NCBI GenBank assembly: GCA_024639415.1
Contig: JAHEIK010000001.1
Span: 1-29,094, forward strand
From: Planctomycetota bacterium
GTDB lineage: Bacteria; Planctomycetota; PLA2; JAEUHO01
DNA length: 29,094 bases
Direction of reading: 5' to 3'
A program made the position numbers and the translations under genes. Of the stretch, positions 7,513 through 15,116 are shown in pieces (within the stretch, counting starts at the first letter, position 1; every line of letters starts with the position of its first letter). The notes under the pieces were generated by a model. It was not told the origin of the DNA. It was given only the letters and a program-made list of their open reading frames with translations, and did not search any database.

Positions 7513-8565
7513 CTAGCGCTCCTCGATCGAGACGAGCTTGGGCCGCAGGGGCAGGGCACCCGACTGCAGGACGTTCACGAGTTCCTCGGCCTGACGCGCC
7601 AGGTCGGACCGAGGACCTTGGCCGAACGAGATCTGGACGTTCGTCGTCAGCCTGCTGCGGATCGTGGGCGCCGAGTGGACCGCGCCGTCGAGAACGATGG
7701 CGAGCGGCAGCCGGACGTTCTTCGCGGTCCAGATGCCAAACGCCTCCTGCCACGCCTTGCGAACGTCGAAGATGACGACCGGCATGTTGATCTGGTCGAA
7801 GGACACCACAGGACGCGCGACCATGCGTCCATCGAACGTCTCGGCCTCGGAGGGCACCTCGAGCACGTGGAAGTGCTCGGCCGCGCTGCCGTCCTTCCCT
7901 GACGCGAGGGCCAAGCGGTAGGCCGGCTGCGTCGGCACGTGCGCCTCGCCCGCCGCGGCCGCCTGCTTCCAGCCCGCGATCTCCGCGGCCTTGAACGCCT
8001 CGAACGCGGCTGCCGATCCGCGCCACAGACCCGTCCGTGCCGGCGCGTCGTCGTCTGGGTCCATGCGCTTCGCGTACTCCGCGTCGGGCAGCACTTCGAT
8101 GAGGAACTCGAGCGTGCCGACGCGCGTAACCAGCGCCGCGATCGCCTCTCGGCGCTCCACAGGGAGCACGCGGAACCCGACGTAGAAGCGCGTCTCGGAC
8201 GCGGCCTTCACGCCGAACTCGCCGGGCTTCAGCGCCTGGATGCGCTGCGCCACGATCTCGACGACCTCGTCCATGAGTTCTCGCGCATCGGCGTCCTTGC
8301 CGATCCGGCCGGCCTTGCGTGCCGCGGCGGGGTCCGTCTCGAACGTCATCAGCACCCGCCAGTACTCCGGCGGCTTCGCCTGCTGCGCACGCCGCCTGGC
8401 CTCCTCGGCCTCGATCGACGGCGTGGGATCGTCCGGCGCGTCCTTGGCCGGAGTCTCCTTGGTCGGAGCCTCCTTGGAGGGCGGCTTGCCTGGGGCGTCG
8501 TCGCCGCAGCCGGGCAGCCATACCAGAACCAGAATCAGTGCGAGGACGGTTGCCGAGATCCGCAT
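7513..8565 (-). CDS. Lipoprotein consisting of a SecD/SecDF periplasmic (P1 base/head)-like domain, without SecD transmembrane segments
   Basis: 350 aa from ATG 8565 (SD ggaggt). Lipobox LPGC after a hydrophobic stretch. SecD-type motifs GTLEF, LAIVLDGAVHSAPTIRS and A.EL..VLQSGALP, followed by a clean TAG stop. Confidence 0.78.
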   Translation of the reverse strand: MRISATVLALILVLVWLPGCGDDAPGKPPSKEAPTKETPAKDAPDDPTPSIEAEEARRRAQQAKPPEYWRVLMTFETDPAAARKAGRIGKDADARELMDEVVEIVAQRIQALKPGEFGVKAASETRFYVGFRVLPVERREAIAALVTRVGTLEFLIEVLPDAEYAKRMDPDDDAPARTGLWRGSAAAFEAFKAAEIAGWKQAAAAGEAHVPTQPAYRLALASGKDGSAAEHFHVLEVPSEAETFDGRMVARPVVSFDQINMPVVIFDVRKAWQEAFGIWTAKNVRLPLAIVLDGAVHSAPTIRSRLTTNVQISFGQGPRSDLARQAEELVNVLQSGALPLRPKLVSIEER

Positions 8566-8585
8566 GCCACCTCCCAATCCGTCTC

Positions 8586-8620
8586 ATCGTAGCGGGACTG
8601 GCAGCGCCCACGGGTAGACT
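8586..8620. promoter_or_regulatory. Back-to-back divergent -10-like hexamers
   Basis: TACGAT on the minus strand (8586-8591) precedes the lipoprotein SD. TAGACT on the plus strand (8615-8620) lies 8 nt before the kinase ATG. The intergenic region is only 63 bp. Confidence 0.45.
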
Positions 8621-8628
8621 CCGCGGCC

Positions 8629-11600
8629 ATGGGCGAGAGCGGCGATGTCCACATCCCGGGCTTCACGATCCTGCGCGAGCTGGGACGTGGTGCGATGGGC
8701 GTGGTCTACCTCGCGCACGAGGAGGCGCTCGGGCGCGACGTCGCACTCAAGGTCCTCAAGCCCGGCTTCGGCGAGGGTGACGAAGTGCGGCAGCGCTTCG
8801 AGCGCGAAGTCCGCGCGACGGCCCGTCTGAAGCACCCGAACATCGTGCCCATCCTCTCGACCGGCGAAGCGCAGGGACGCCGCTGGTTCGCGATGCAGTT
8901 CGTGCCCGGCGACACGCTGGATGAGGTCCTCACGAAGGCGCGCCACGGAACGATCGGCGTCGCACGCGCGGCACGCATCGTGCGCGAGGTGGCGTTCGCG
9001 CTCGACGCCGCGCACAACGCGGGGGTGACGCACCGGGACGTGAAGCCGGGCAACGTCATGCTGCGCACGGATCCGGCGCCGGAGGCCGAGCGCCGCAATC
9101 CCACACGGCGCATGCGCCGCTCATGGCTGCGCCGCGGCGGGAAGTCCGGCGGCGTGCCGATCGTCGACCTTCCGCTGCTCGCGGACTTCGGCCTCGCGGC
9201 GGATCGCACGGCGTCGAAGCTCAGCGAGTCGGGCATGCTCATCGGCACGCCGGGCTACATGTCGCCCGAGCAGTACCGCGGACAGGCGGAGGAGGTCGGC
9301 CCGCACTCCGACCAATGGGCGCTCGGCGTGTTGCTCTACGAGTGCATCACGGGGCACATGCCCTTCCCGACGACGGACCTGGCCACGCTCGCACGCATGA
9401 TCGGCCACGATGAGCCGATCCCGCCGTCGCGCCTCGACCCGCGCATCGACCGGGACCTCGAGACGATCTGCTTGAAGGCGCTCAGCAAGAATCCGCGCGA
9501 TCGCTACACCAATCTGCGCGCGATGGCCGACGACCTGAGCCACTGGCTTCGGGAGGAGCCCATCAGCGCACGCCCGCCCGGGCCCCTGCGCCGCGTCTCG
9601 GCGTGGGCGCGGCGCAAGCCGGCACGCGCGACGGCCCTCGGCGCGCTGCTCGTCGCGGGCGTCATCCTCGGCATCGTCAGCGTCGGCACCGGAATCTCGC
9701 GCAGGGCCCGCACGGCCGAGCTACGCGAGCAGGCCGAAGTGCACATGGACAACGGCGAGTTCGGCCTCGCCGAGCAGATGTACGACGAGTGGATCGCGCT
9801 GGATCCCGCCGACGGCAGACCCCACGACTTGCGCACCGTCGCGCGAGCGCGCCGCGGGGTGCTATCGGCAAGCCGGACCTTCGACCGGGCGGACAAGGCC
9901 ATCGACGCGCTGGGCCGTGAGCGGGACCGGCTCGCGCGACTGGAGGCGCGTGCGCGCCTGGGCGCGGACGCGTTCGGCGGCGCGGGGCTGGGCAGTGAGA
10001 ACGCACGCGGCTCCGAGCCCTGGTGGATGCGGCAGCCGAGCTACGCCGCCGGGCGCAAGATCGAGACGCTCCGAGCCGAGCTGGCGCGCAGGCTGGCGTC
10101 GGTCAGCAGCGATCTCGCCATCGCCCTCTCGCTGGCACGAACGCATGCTCCGGCCGCGGGACGCGAGGGCAGCCTGCTGCTGGAGACGATCCGCCAGCGT
10201 GCAGCCGAGTGGCACATGGAGGAGTGGCGGCTGGCCGTCGCGCGCGACGACACAGAAAGCGCCGAGCTGCACAAGCTGGCGGTCGGCAACCTCGACGGCA
10301 GGACCTTCGCGGCGGAGCTCAGTGGCGTGCGCCGCATCCGGATCCTCACAGGCCCCGAGCCGACGCACGCGTGGCTCTTCCGCTACGAGCGTGAGGCCGA
10401 CCTGATCGATCGCGGCGGTCCGCGCCTGCTGCCGGTGCCGTATCACCCGCAGCGGGGCGCCGCGGCCATCGGCCCTGCGTACGCGGAAGCCGTCGCGACG
10501 CGCCTCGCCGGCGAAGGCGAGCGGCCCGTGCGCGCGGACGTGCCGCGGCTCACGAGGCCGCTCGAGAGCACCGCGACCCATGTGGGCACGCACGAGGGCG
10601 CCATGCGTCGCGAACGGTACGACGCGCTGCTTGCCGGCAGTGCGTATCCGCTGGACACCTCGTCGGCCAACGCACTCGGACGTCTCGCCACGGATCACGC
10701 CCTCGAGCTGCCCCCGGGGCGCTACATGCTGCTCGTACGGCGCAGCGGGCGCCCAGACCTGCTGCTGCCGTTCGAAGTCGGGCGCACGGAACTGGAGCCG
10801 CTGGTCATCCCGGACGACCTCGGGCTGGAGCGCGTCCCCCCGGGCTTCGTGCTGGTTCCCGGCGGCGACGTCCTGCTCGGCGGCGACGACGAGCTGGCGC
10901 CGCGGGCCCTGCCGCGCCAGCGCGTGCCGGTACGCACCTTCCTCGCGGCCCGCTTCGAGCTGACCTACGCCGACTGGTGGGAGTTCCTGAACGACGAGCG
11001 GACGCTCGACGCGCTGGAGCGCGCGCTCAGCGCCGAGAACGGCAAGAGCCTGCGCTTCGTGCCGCGTAGCGACCGGGCTGCCGGCGACGCGCAGCCGGCG
11101 GACGCGGCGCTGCCCGCGCGGCTGCCTGGCTCGCGCAAGTTCGCGCCGATGGATGCACCGGAGCACCCGGCCTCCCACATCTCGCTGCACGACATCGTCG
11201 GCTACCTCACCCTGCCGGAGGGCGAGGACGAGCCGTTCGACTACCAGTACGAGGAGCTCAAGGAGGCCCTGCGCGGCTCGGATTCCATCGGCTGGGGCTA
11301 CCTCCGCTGGCGAACCGAGCGCTCGCGCGAGCGCGCCCGCCAGGCGGCGGCCGGCGACCCCGTGCTGCCCGACGTCGCGGTGGTGCGGCAACCGGATGGC
11401 AGCGTCGGCTACCGGGCCATGCGTTTCACGCTGCCGACGCAGCCGGAGTGGGAGCGCATGGCGCGCGGAGCCGACAGCCGGGCCTTCGTCTACGGCGACG
11501 AGCGGGAGTGGCTGTACTTCAAGGGCGACCGCTCGCGGCCCTACAACGCCGCCCCGGAGGCCATCGGCCTCTTCGCGGACGACGAGAGCGTCTTTGGCGT

Positions 11601-11808
11601 GCGGGACCTCACGGGCTCCGTTGCCGAGTGGACGGCCGACTGGGACGAGGACGGCTTGGACTTCTGGGTGAAGGGGCACTCCTGGGGCTCGCAGACGCCC
11701 GAGGACGATCGCATCGCCGCGCGCGACAGCTTGGCGCCGGAGGTGGTGAGCTCGCAGGTCGGCGTACGGCTCGTCGTGCGGGTGCTCGAGGAGCCGGAGG
11801 CACGCTGA
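8629..11808 (+). CDS. Membrane-anchored Hanks-type Ser/Thr kinase with helical (TPR-like) region, PEGA-like segment and C-terminal FGE-sulfatase (SUMF1)-type domain
   Basis: 1059 aa. LGRGAMGVVY, VALK, HRDVKPGN, DFG and GTPGYMSPEQ motifs. TM ATALGALLVAGVILGIVSVG. FGE-type motifs GFVLVPGG, FELTYADWWEFL, LPTQPEWERMARG, DLTGSVAEWT and GVRLV. Confidence 0.9.
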   Translation: MGESGDVHIPGFTILRELGRGAMGVVYLAHEEALGRDVALKVLKPGFGEGDEVRQRFEREVRATARLKHPNIVPILSTGEAQGRRWFAMQFVPGDTLDEVLTKARHGTIGVARAARIVREVAFALDAAHNAGVTHRDVKPGNVMLRTDPAPEAERRNPTRRMRRSWLRRGGKSGGVPIVDLPLLADFGLAADRTASKLSESGMLIGTPGYMSPEQYRGQAEEVGPHSDQWALGVLLYECITGHMPFPTTDLATLARMIGHDEPIPPSRLDPRIDRDLETICLKALSKNPRDRYTNLRAMADDLSHWLREEPISARPPGPLRRVSAWARRKPARATALGALLVAGVILGIVSVGTGISRRARTAELREQAEVHMDNGEFGLAEQMYDEWIALDPADGRPHDLRTVARARRGVLSASRTFDRADKAIDALGRERDRLARLEARARLGADAFGGAGLGSENARGSEPWWMRQPSYAAGRKIETLRAELARRLASVSSDLAIALSLARTHAPAAGREGSLLLETIRQRAAEWHMEEWRLAVARDDTESAELHKLAVGNLDGRTFAAELSGVRRIRILTGPEPTHAWLFRYEREADLIDRGGPRLLPVPYHPQRGAAAIGPAYAEAVATRLAGEGERPVRADVPRLTRPLESTATHVGTHEGAMRRERYDALLAGSAYPLDTSSANALGRLATDHALELPPGRYMLLVRRSGRPDLLLPFEVGRTELEPLVIPDDLGLERVPPGFVLVPGGDVLLGGDDELAPRALPRQRVPVRTFLAARFELTYADWWEFLNDERTLDALERALSAENGKSLRFVPRSDRAAGDAQPADAALPARLPGSRKFAPMDAPEHPASHISLHDIVGYLTLPEGEDEPFDYQYEELKEALRGSDSIGWGYLRWRTERSRERARQAAAGDPVLPDVAVVRQPDGSVGYRAMRFTLPTQPEWERMARGADSRAFVYGDEREWLYFKGDRSRPYNAAPEAIGLFADDESVFGVRDLTGSVAEWTADWDEDGLDFWVKGHSWGSQTPEDDRIAARDSLAPEVVSSQVGVRLVVRVLEEPEAR

Positions 11809-11821
11809 GGCGCAGCGCTTC

Positions 11822-11849
11822 TTGCTTGGCCCGGCCTCGGTTGTACTTT
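11822..11849 (+). promoter_or_regulatory. Putative sigma70-type promoter giving a leaderless marR mRNA
   Basis: -35-like TTGCTT (11822-11827), 16-bp spacer, -10-like TACTTT (11844-11849), ATG 6 nt later and no SD. Confidence 0.5.
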
Positions 11850-11855
11850 GCAAGC

Positions 11856-12284
11856 ATGACGGTCGACCTACTGCGGGACCTGGAGACGCGCCTGGCCCTC
11901 GGGCTGCGTGCGGACGCCGCGCGCGTGAAGCTCCTGGAGGCGACGGCCCGGGTGCTGCTCGCCGTGGGCGATCAGGAGGCCGTGGCCATGAGCGAGGTGG
12001 CCCGCCGGGTCGGCCGGGATCCGACGACGGCGACGCGCTTCGTGGATCGGGCCGCCGCCGACGGGCTGCTGCGCCGCGATCCGGCCGTGGAAGATCGCCG
12101 GCGGCGCCTCGTCCGCCTGACGGAGCTGGGTCTGGCGGCCCGGGGGCGCCTGCTGGAGGTGCGCAGCCGCCGGGCCGGGCAGTTGCTGGAGTCCATCCTG
12201 GCGGAGACCGGCCTGGGTGAGGGCCAGGTGGAGTGGTTCCTCAAGGCGTTCGTGACGGGCCTGGCGGATGGAGAGGGCGCGTAA
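11856..12284 (+). CDS. MarR-family winged helix-turn-helix transcriptional regulator
   Basis: 142 aa from ATG 11856. MSEVARRVGRDPTTATRFVDRAAADGLLRR..EDRRRRLVRLTELG is the MarR HTH plus the wing DRR motif. Confidence 0.85.
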   Translation: MTVDLLRDLETRLALGLRADAARVKLLEATARVLLAVGDQEAVAMSEVARRVGRDPTTATRFVDRAAADGLLRRDPAVEDRRRRLVRLTELGLAARGRLLEVRSRRAGQLLESILAETGLGEGQVEWFLKAFVTGLADGEGA

Positions 12285-12300
12285 CGCGCTCTCCCACACT

Positions 12301-12327
12301 CTCACGCCCTCACCTTGCCTCTCTCAC
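12301..12327. repeat. Dispersed 27-nt GTGAG motif, copy B (reverse orientation)
   Basis: Reverse complement reads gtgagagagg-caag-gtgagggc-gtgag, within the C-rich tract following the marR stop. Confidence 0.7.
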
Positions 12328-12364
12328 GGTCGCCATGGGTCGATCGGGTCGTTGCCGTCATGCC

Positions 12365-12452
12365 GTAGGGGCCTTGGGAGGCCGACGCGCAGCGGAGGCC
12401 GAGTCTTGGCCCGCGACTCGCTACGCTCGCGCGGGCCTCCCAAGGCCCCTAC
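12365..12452. repeat. GTAG-tagged REP/REPIN-like palindrome
   Basis: Perfect 19-bp arms gtaggggccttgggaggcc (12365-12383) / ggcctcccaaggcccctac (12434-12452). The interior also pairs: cgcgc/gcgcg, agcg/cgct and cgagtc/gactcg. Each arm starts with GTAG on its own strand. Confidence 0.8.
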
Positions 12453-12492
12453 AGCTCCACCCCCACAGGCAGGATCAAGGGGACGATCGTGC

Positions 12493-12516
12493 GCGAGAGA
12501 CTGGTGAGGGGGTGAG
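12493..12516. repeat. Dispersed GTGAG motif, copy C (shortened)
   Basis: gcgagagactg-gtgagggg-gtgag, inverted relative to copy B. Confidence 0.55.
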
Positions 12517-12532
12517 AAGAGCGGCGAAGCCC

Positions 12533-13345
12533 CTACCGCCGCACGACCAGGCTCACACGCGCGGTCTTCCCCGCGACGATGTCGACCTCGGCCTCGTCGT
12601 ACTCCTCGAATGCGCTGACCACGCGCAGGCGGTAACGACCGGGGAGGATCCCGAACACCACACCCTCCGGACCGATCTCCGCCGTCGCGTACGTCTTCGG
12701 GCTGGTCAGGCGACGGGACGTGCGCTCCTGGTACCAGGCCGACACGGGCTGATCGCGGTAGTCGTAGAGCGTGAGCTTGACCTTGGGAGGCCGCTTCTTG
12801 TCGTAGGCGATCACGTCGTACTGGATGGCGCCGGCCAGATCGACGTCGACGAACAACTCGTTGTCGCGGTCCCGCTTGACGACGGTTGTCACGCTGCGCC
12901 CGATGATGTGGTCGCCCTGCACACGCACGCGCACCGGCCCGGCGACGACGCCCTTGGCAACCCAACGGCGCTCGTCCTTGTCGTAGAGCGGGAGGCGCGT
13001 CCGCCAGGCGGCGTAGGAGGCCGGCTCGATGAAGACCTGCATCGCACCGGAGTCGAGCGCTGAGAGATCCGGTCCGCGCAGCGTCACCTGGAGATCGCCC
13101 TTGGGCAGCGTGCGCGGATCGGGAACGACGATGTGCTTGCGCTTCGGTGAGCGCTCGCGGCCCTTGACGCTGAGGCCCTCGGCCTCGAGCTGCCTGGCCT
13201 GCAGGCCCTCACCGCGCGCGGACGTGCCCAGCTCGCCGTCGGACTCGTACGTAGGCGTGTCGAGTTCGGTGTCCGCACCCGCGAGCAGCCACCACCCGGC
13301 GGCGGCGGCGAGGAGAATCAGGACGATGGGAACGGTGTTGCGCAT
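12533..13345 (-). CDS. Membrane-anchored hypothetical protein with carboxypeptidase-regulatory/PEGA-like beta-sandwich segments
   Basis: 270 aa. N-terminal hydrophobic anchor VPIVLILLAAAAGWWLLAG. GVVAGPVRVRV and GILPGRYRLRV...VDIVAGKTARVSL are typical of these domains. Confidence 0.65.
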   Translation of the reverse strand: MRNTVPIVLILLAAAAGWWLLAGADTELDTPTYESDGELGTSARGEGLQARQLEAEGLSVKGRERSPKRKHIVVPDPRTLPKGDLQVTLRGPDLSALDSGAMQVFIEPASYAAWRTRLPLYDKDERRWVAKGVVAGPVRVRVQGDHIIGRSVTTVVKRDRDNELFVDVDLAGAIQYDVIAYDKKRPPKVKLTLYDYRDQPVSAWYQERTSRRLTSPKTYATAEIGPEGVVFGILPGRYRLRVVSAFEEYDEAEVDIVAGKTARVSLVVRR

Positions 13346-13438
13346 GGGACCGGGGAGGGAACGCGGCGAGCCGCCGCCGTCTTCCCGACCGGCATCATCC
13401 CAGGCGACGGAGGGCGGCGAAGCCAGCGCCGGTCGGCC

Positions 13439-14605
13439 CTACGCGAATGCGTCCAACCCCGTGATCTCGCGCCCGATGATGAGGGTGTGGATGTCGTGCG
13501 TGCCCTCGTACGTCTTCACGCTCTCGAGATTGCACATGTGGCGCATGGTCTGGTACTCGTCCGAGACGCCGTTGGCGCCCAGCATGTCGCGACCGGCCCG
13601 GGCGATCTCGAGTGCGAAGTGGCAGGCATTGCGCTTGGCCATGCTGACCTGGATCGGGGTGAGGGTGCCCGCTTCCTTGAGCCGGCCGAGACGCAGGTTC
13701 ATCAGCTGCGCCTTGGTGATCTCGGCCAGCATCTCGACGAGCTTGGCCTGGTAGAGCTGGAACTGGGACAGCTTCTTGTCGAACTGCGTACGCTGTCCAC
13801 CGTAGCCGCGCACCTCGTCGAAGACGGCCATCGCTGCGCCGACGACGCCCCAGGCGATGCCGTAGCGCGCCTGGTTCAGGCACGACAGCGGTCCGCTCAG
13901 TCCCTTGGCCTTCGGCAGCATGGCCGAGGCGGGCAGCTTCACGTCCTGCAGGACCAGCTCGCTCGTGACCGAAGCGCGCAAGCTGTGCTTGCCGCGCTGC
14001 TCGGGCGCGGAGAAGCCGGGCGTGTCGGTCGGTACGACGAAGCCGTGGATCTCGCCTTCGCACTTGGCCCAGACGACGGCGACCTGCGACATCGTGCCGT
14101 TCGTGATCCACATCTTGGCGCCGTTGAGCACGAAGCCGTCACCGTCGCGGACGGCCGTCGTCTCCATGCCGCCGGGATCACTGCCGTGGTCGGGCTCAGT
14201 GAGTCCGAAGCAGCCGACCGCCTCACCGCTGTAGAGCTTGGGCAGCCACTCGTCCTTCTGCTCGTCGCTCCCGAAACGCCAGATCGGGTACATGACCAGC
14301 GCGCCCTGCACGCTGACGAAGGAGCGCAGGCCCGAGTCGCCGCGCTCGAGCTCCTGCATGACGAGACCGTACGCCACGGCACCCAGACGCGGGAAGTCGC
14401 CGTAGTCGAGGTTGCCGCCGAGCACGCCGAGCTCGCCGAGCTCGCCGATGACCTCCTTCGGGAAGTAGCCGTCGCGGTAGGCCTTCTCGACGAGCGGCAG
14501 GTAGCGCTCGGAGACCCAATCCCGCACGGCGTCCCGCACCATGCGTTCCTCCTCGCTGAGGAGTGCGTCCACGTCGAAGAAGTCGGGCGCCTGATACTTC
14601 GCCAT
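13439..14605 (-). CDS. gcdH: Acyl-CoA dehydrogenase, glutaryl-CoA dehydrogenase subfamily
   Basis: 388 aa from ATG 14605 (SD aggagg 5 nt upstream). ELERGDSGLRSFVSVQ, GCFGLTEPDHGSDP, LNGAKMWITN and C-terminal TYEGTHDIHTLIIGREITG. Confidence 0.85.
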   Translation of the reverse strand: MAKYQAPDFFDVDALLSEEERMVRDAVRDWVSERYLPLVEKAYRDGYFPKEVIGELGELGVLGGNLDYGDFPRLGAVAYGLVMQELERGDSGLRSFVSVQGALVMYPIWRFGSDEQKDEWLPKLYSGEAVGCFGLTEPDHGSDPGGMETTAVRDGDGFVLNGAKMWITNGTMSQVAVVWAKCEGEIHGFVVPTDTPGFSAPEQRGKHSLRASVTSELVLQDVKLPASAMLPKAKGLSGPLSCLNQARYGIAWGVVGAAMAVFDEVRGYGGQRTQFDKKLSQFQLYQAKLVEMLAEITKAQLMNLRLGRLKEAGTLTPIQVSMAKRNACHFALEIARAGRDMLGANGVSDEYQTMRHMCNLESVKTYEGTHDIHTLIIGREITGLDAFA

Positions 14606-14684
14606 CACTGCCTCCTAGGCCACGCAGGGTCGTGGCGCGGAAGGTACCTCGGCGGGGCAGGGGAGGGCAGGGGAGACGGAGCGC

Positions 14685-15074
14685 CTAGCGCAGCTTGCGG
14701 CGGCGGCGGACGGGCGCGGCGGGCCCCTTGGGCTCCGGAGCGGGCTTGGCCGCGGCCTGGGGGGCCGCGCCCCCACCGCCCAGCATGTCCTTCTGGACGA
14801 AGGTGAGCCGGGTGTTGCCGGCCCGGATGGCGTCCCCGTCGGCGAGACGCTGGCGCTGCGCGCGCCGGCCGTTCACGGTGGTCCCGTTCGTCGAGCCGAG
14901 GTCCTCCAGGTACCAGATGCCTGCCTCCGAGACGACGCGGAAGTGTCGCCGCGAGGCGAGGTTGTCCTCGAGGACGAAGGTCGCCGAGGCGTCCCGACCG
15001 ACGACACACTCGCCCCCGCCGAGCGCGTGATCCCGACCGACGCCCGGTCCTTGCTTGATCACGAGACGCGGCAT
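14685..15074 (-). CDS. Small FHA-domain (phosphothreonine-binding) protein
   Basis: 129 aa from ATG 15074 (SD aaggag). FHA signature residues in VVGRD, ASRRH and DLGSTNGTTVNG. Basic, Pro/Ala-rich tail. The longer 473-aa ORF call is an artefactual upstream extension. Confidence 0.88.
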   Translation of the reverse strand: MPRLVIKQGPGVGRDHALGGGECVVGRDASATFVLEDNLASRRHFRVVSEAGIWYLEDLGSTNGTTVNGRRAQRQRLADGDAIRAGNTRLTFVQKDMLGGGGAAPQAAAKPAPEPKGPAAPVRRRRKLR

Positions 15075-15116
15075 GGAAATCTCCTTGGGCACGTCAGGAT
15101 ACCCCAGGAGCAGCCT

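Noticed and set aside
5496-7559. 687-aa minus-strand ORF, and similar long shadow ORFs (9862-11853, 13487-14806, 24887-26428, 1503-2588, 3071-4072)
   Set aside because: They are antisense to genes with clear family motifs, are Arg/Ala/Gly-rich with no recognisable domains, and are expected from stop-codon scarcity at high GC.
7513-8565. secD gene or frameshifted secD pseudogene
   Set aside because: It has a lipoprotein leader instead of a SecD TM1, a clean stop, and no TM-coding remnant in other frames. It was not given the secD symbol.
11823-11856. MarR operator (tgcttg-N22-caagca)
   Set aside because: The arms are only 6 bp and the spacing is wider than typical MarR operators, so chance cannot be excluded.
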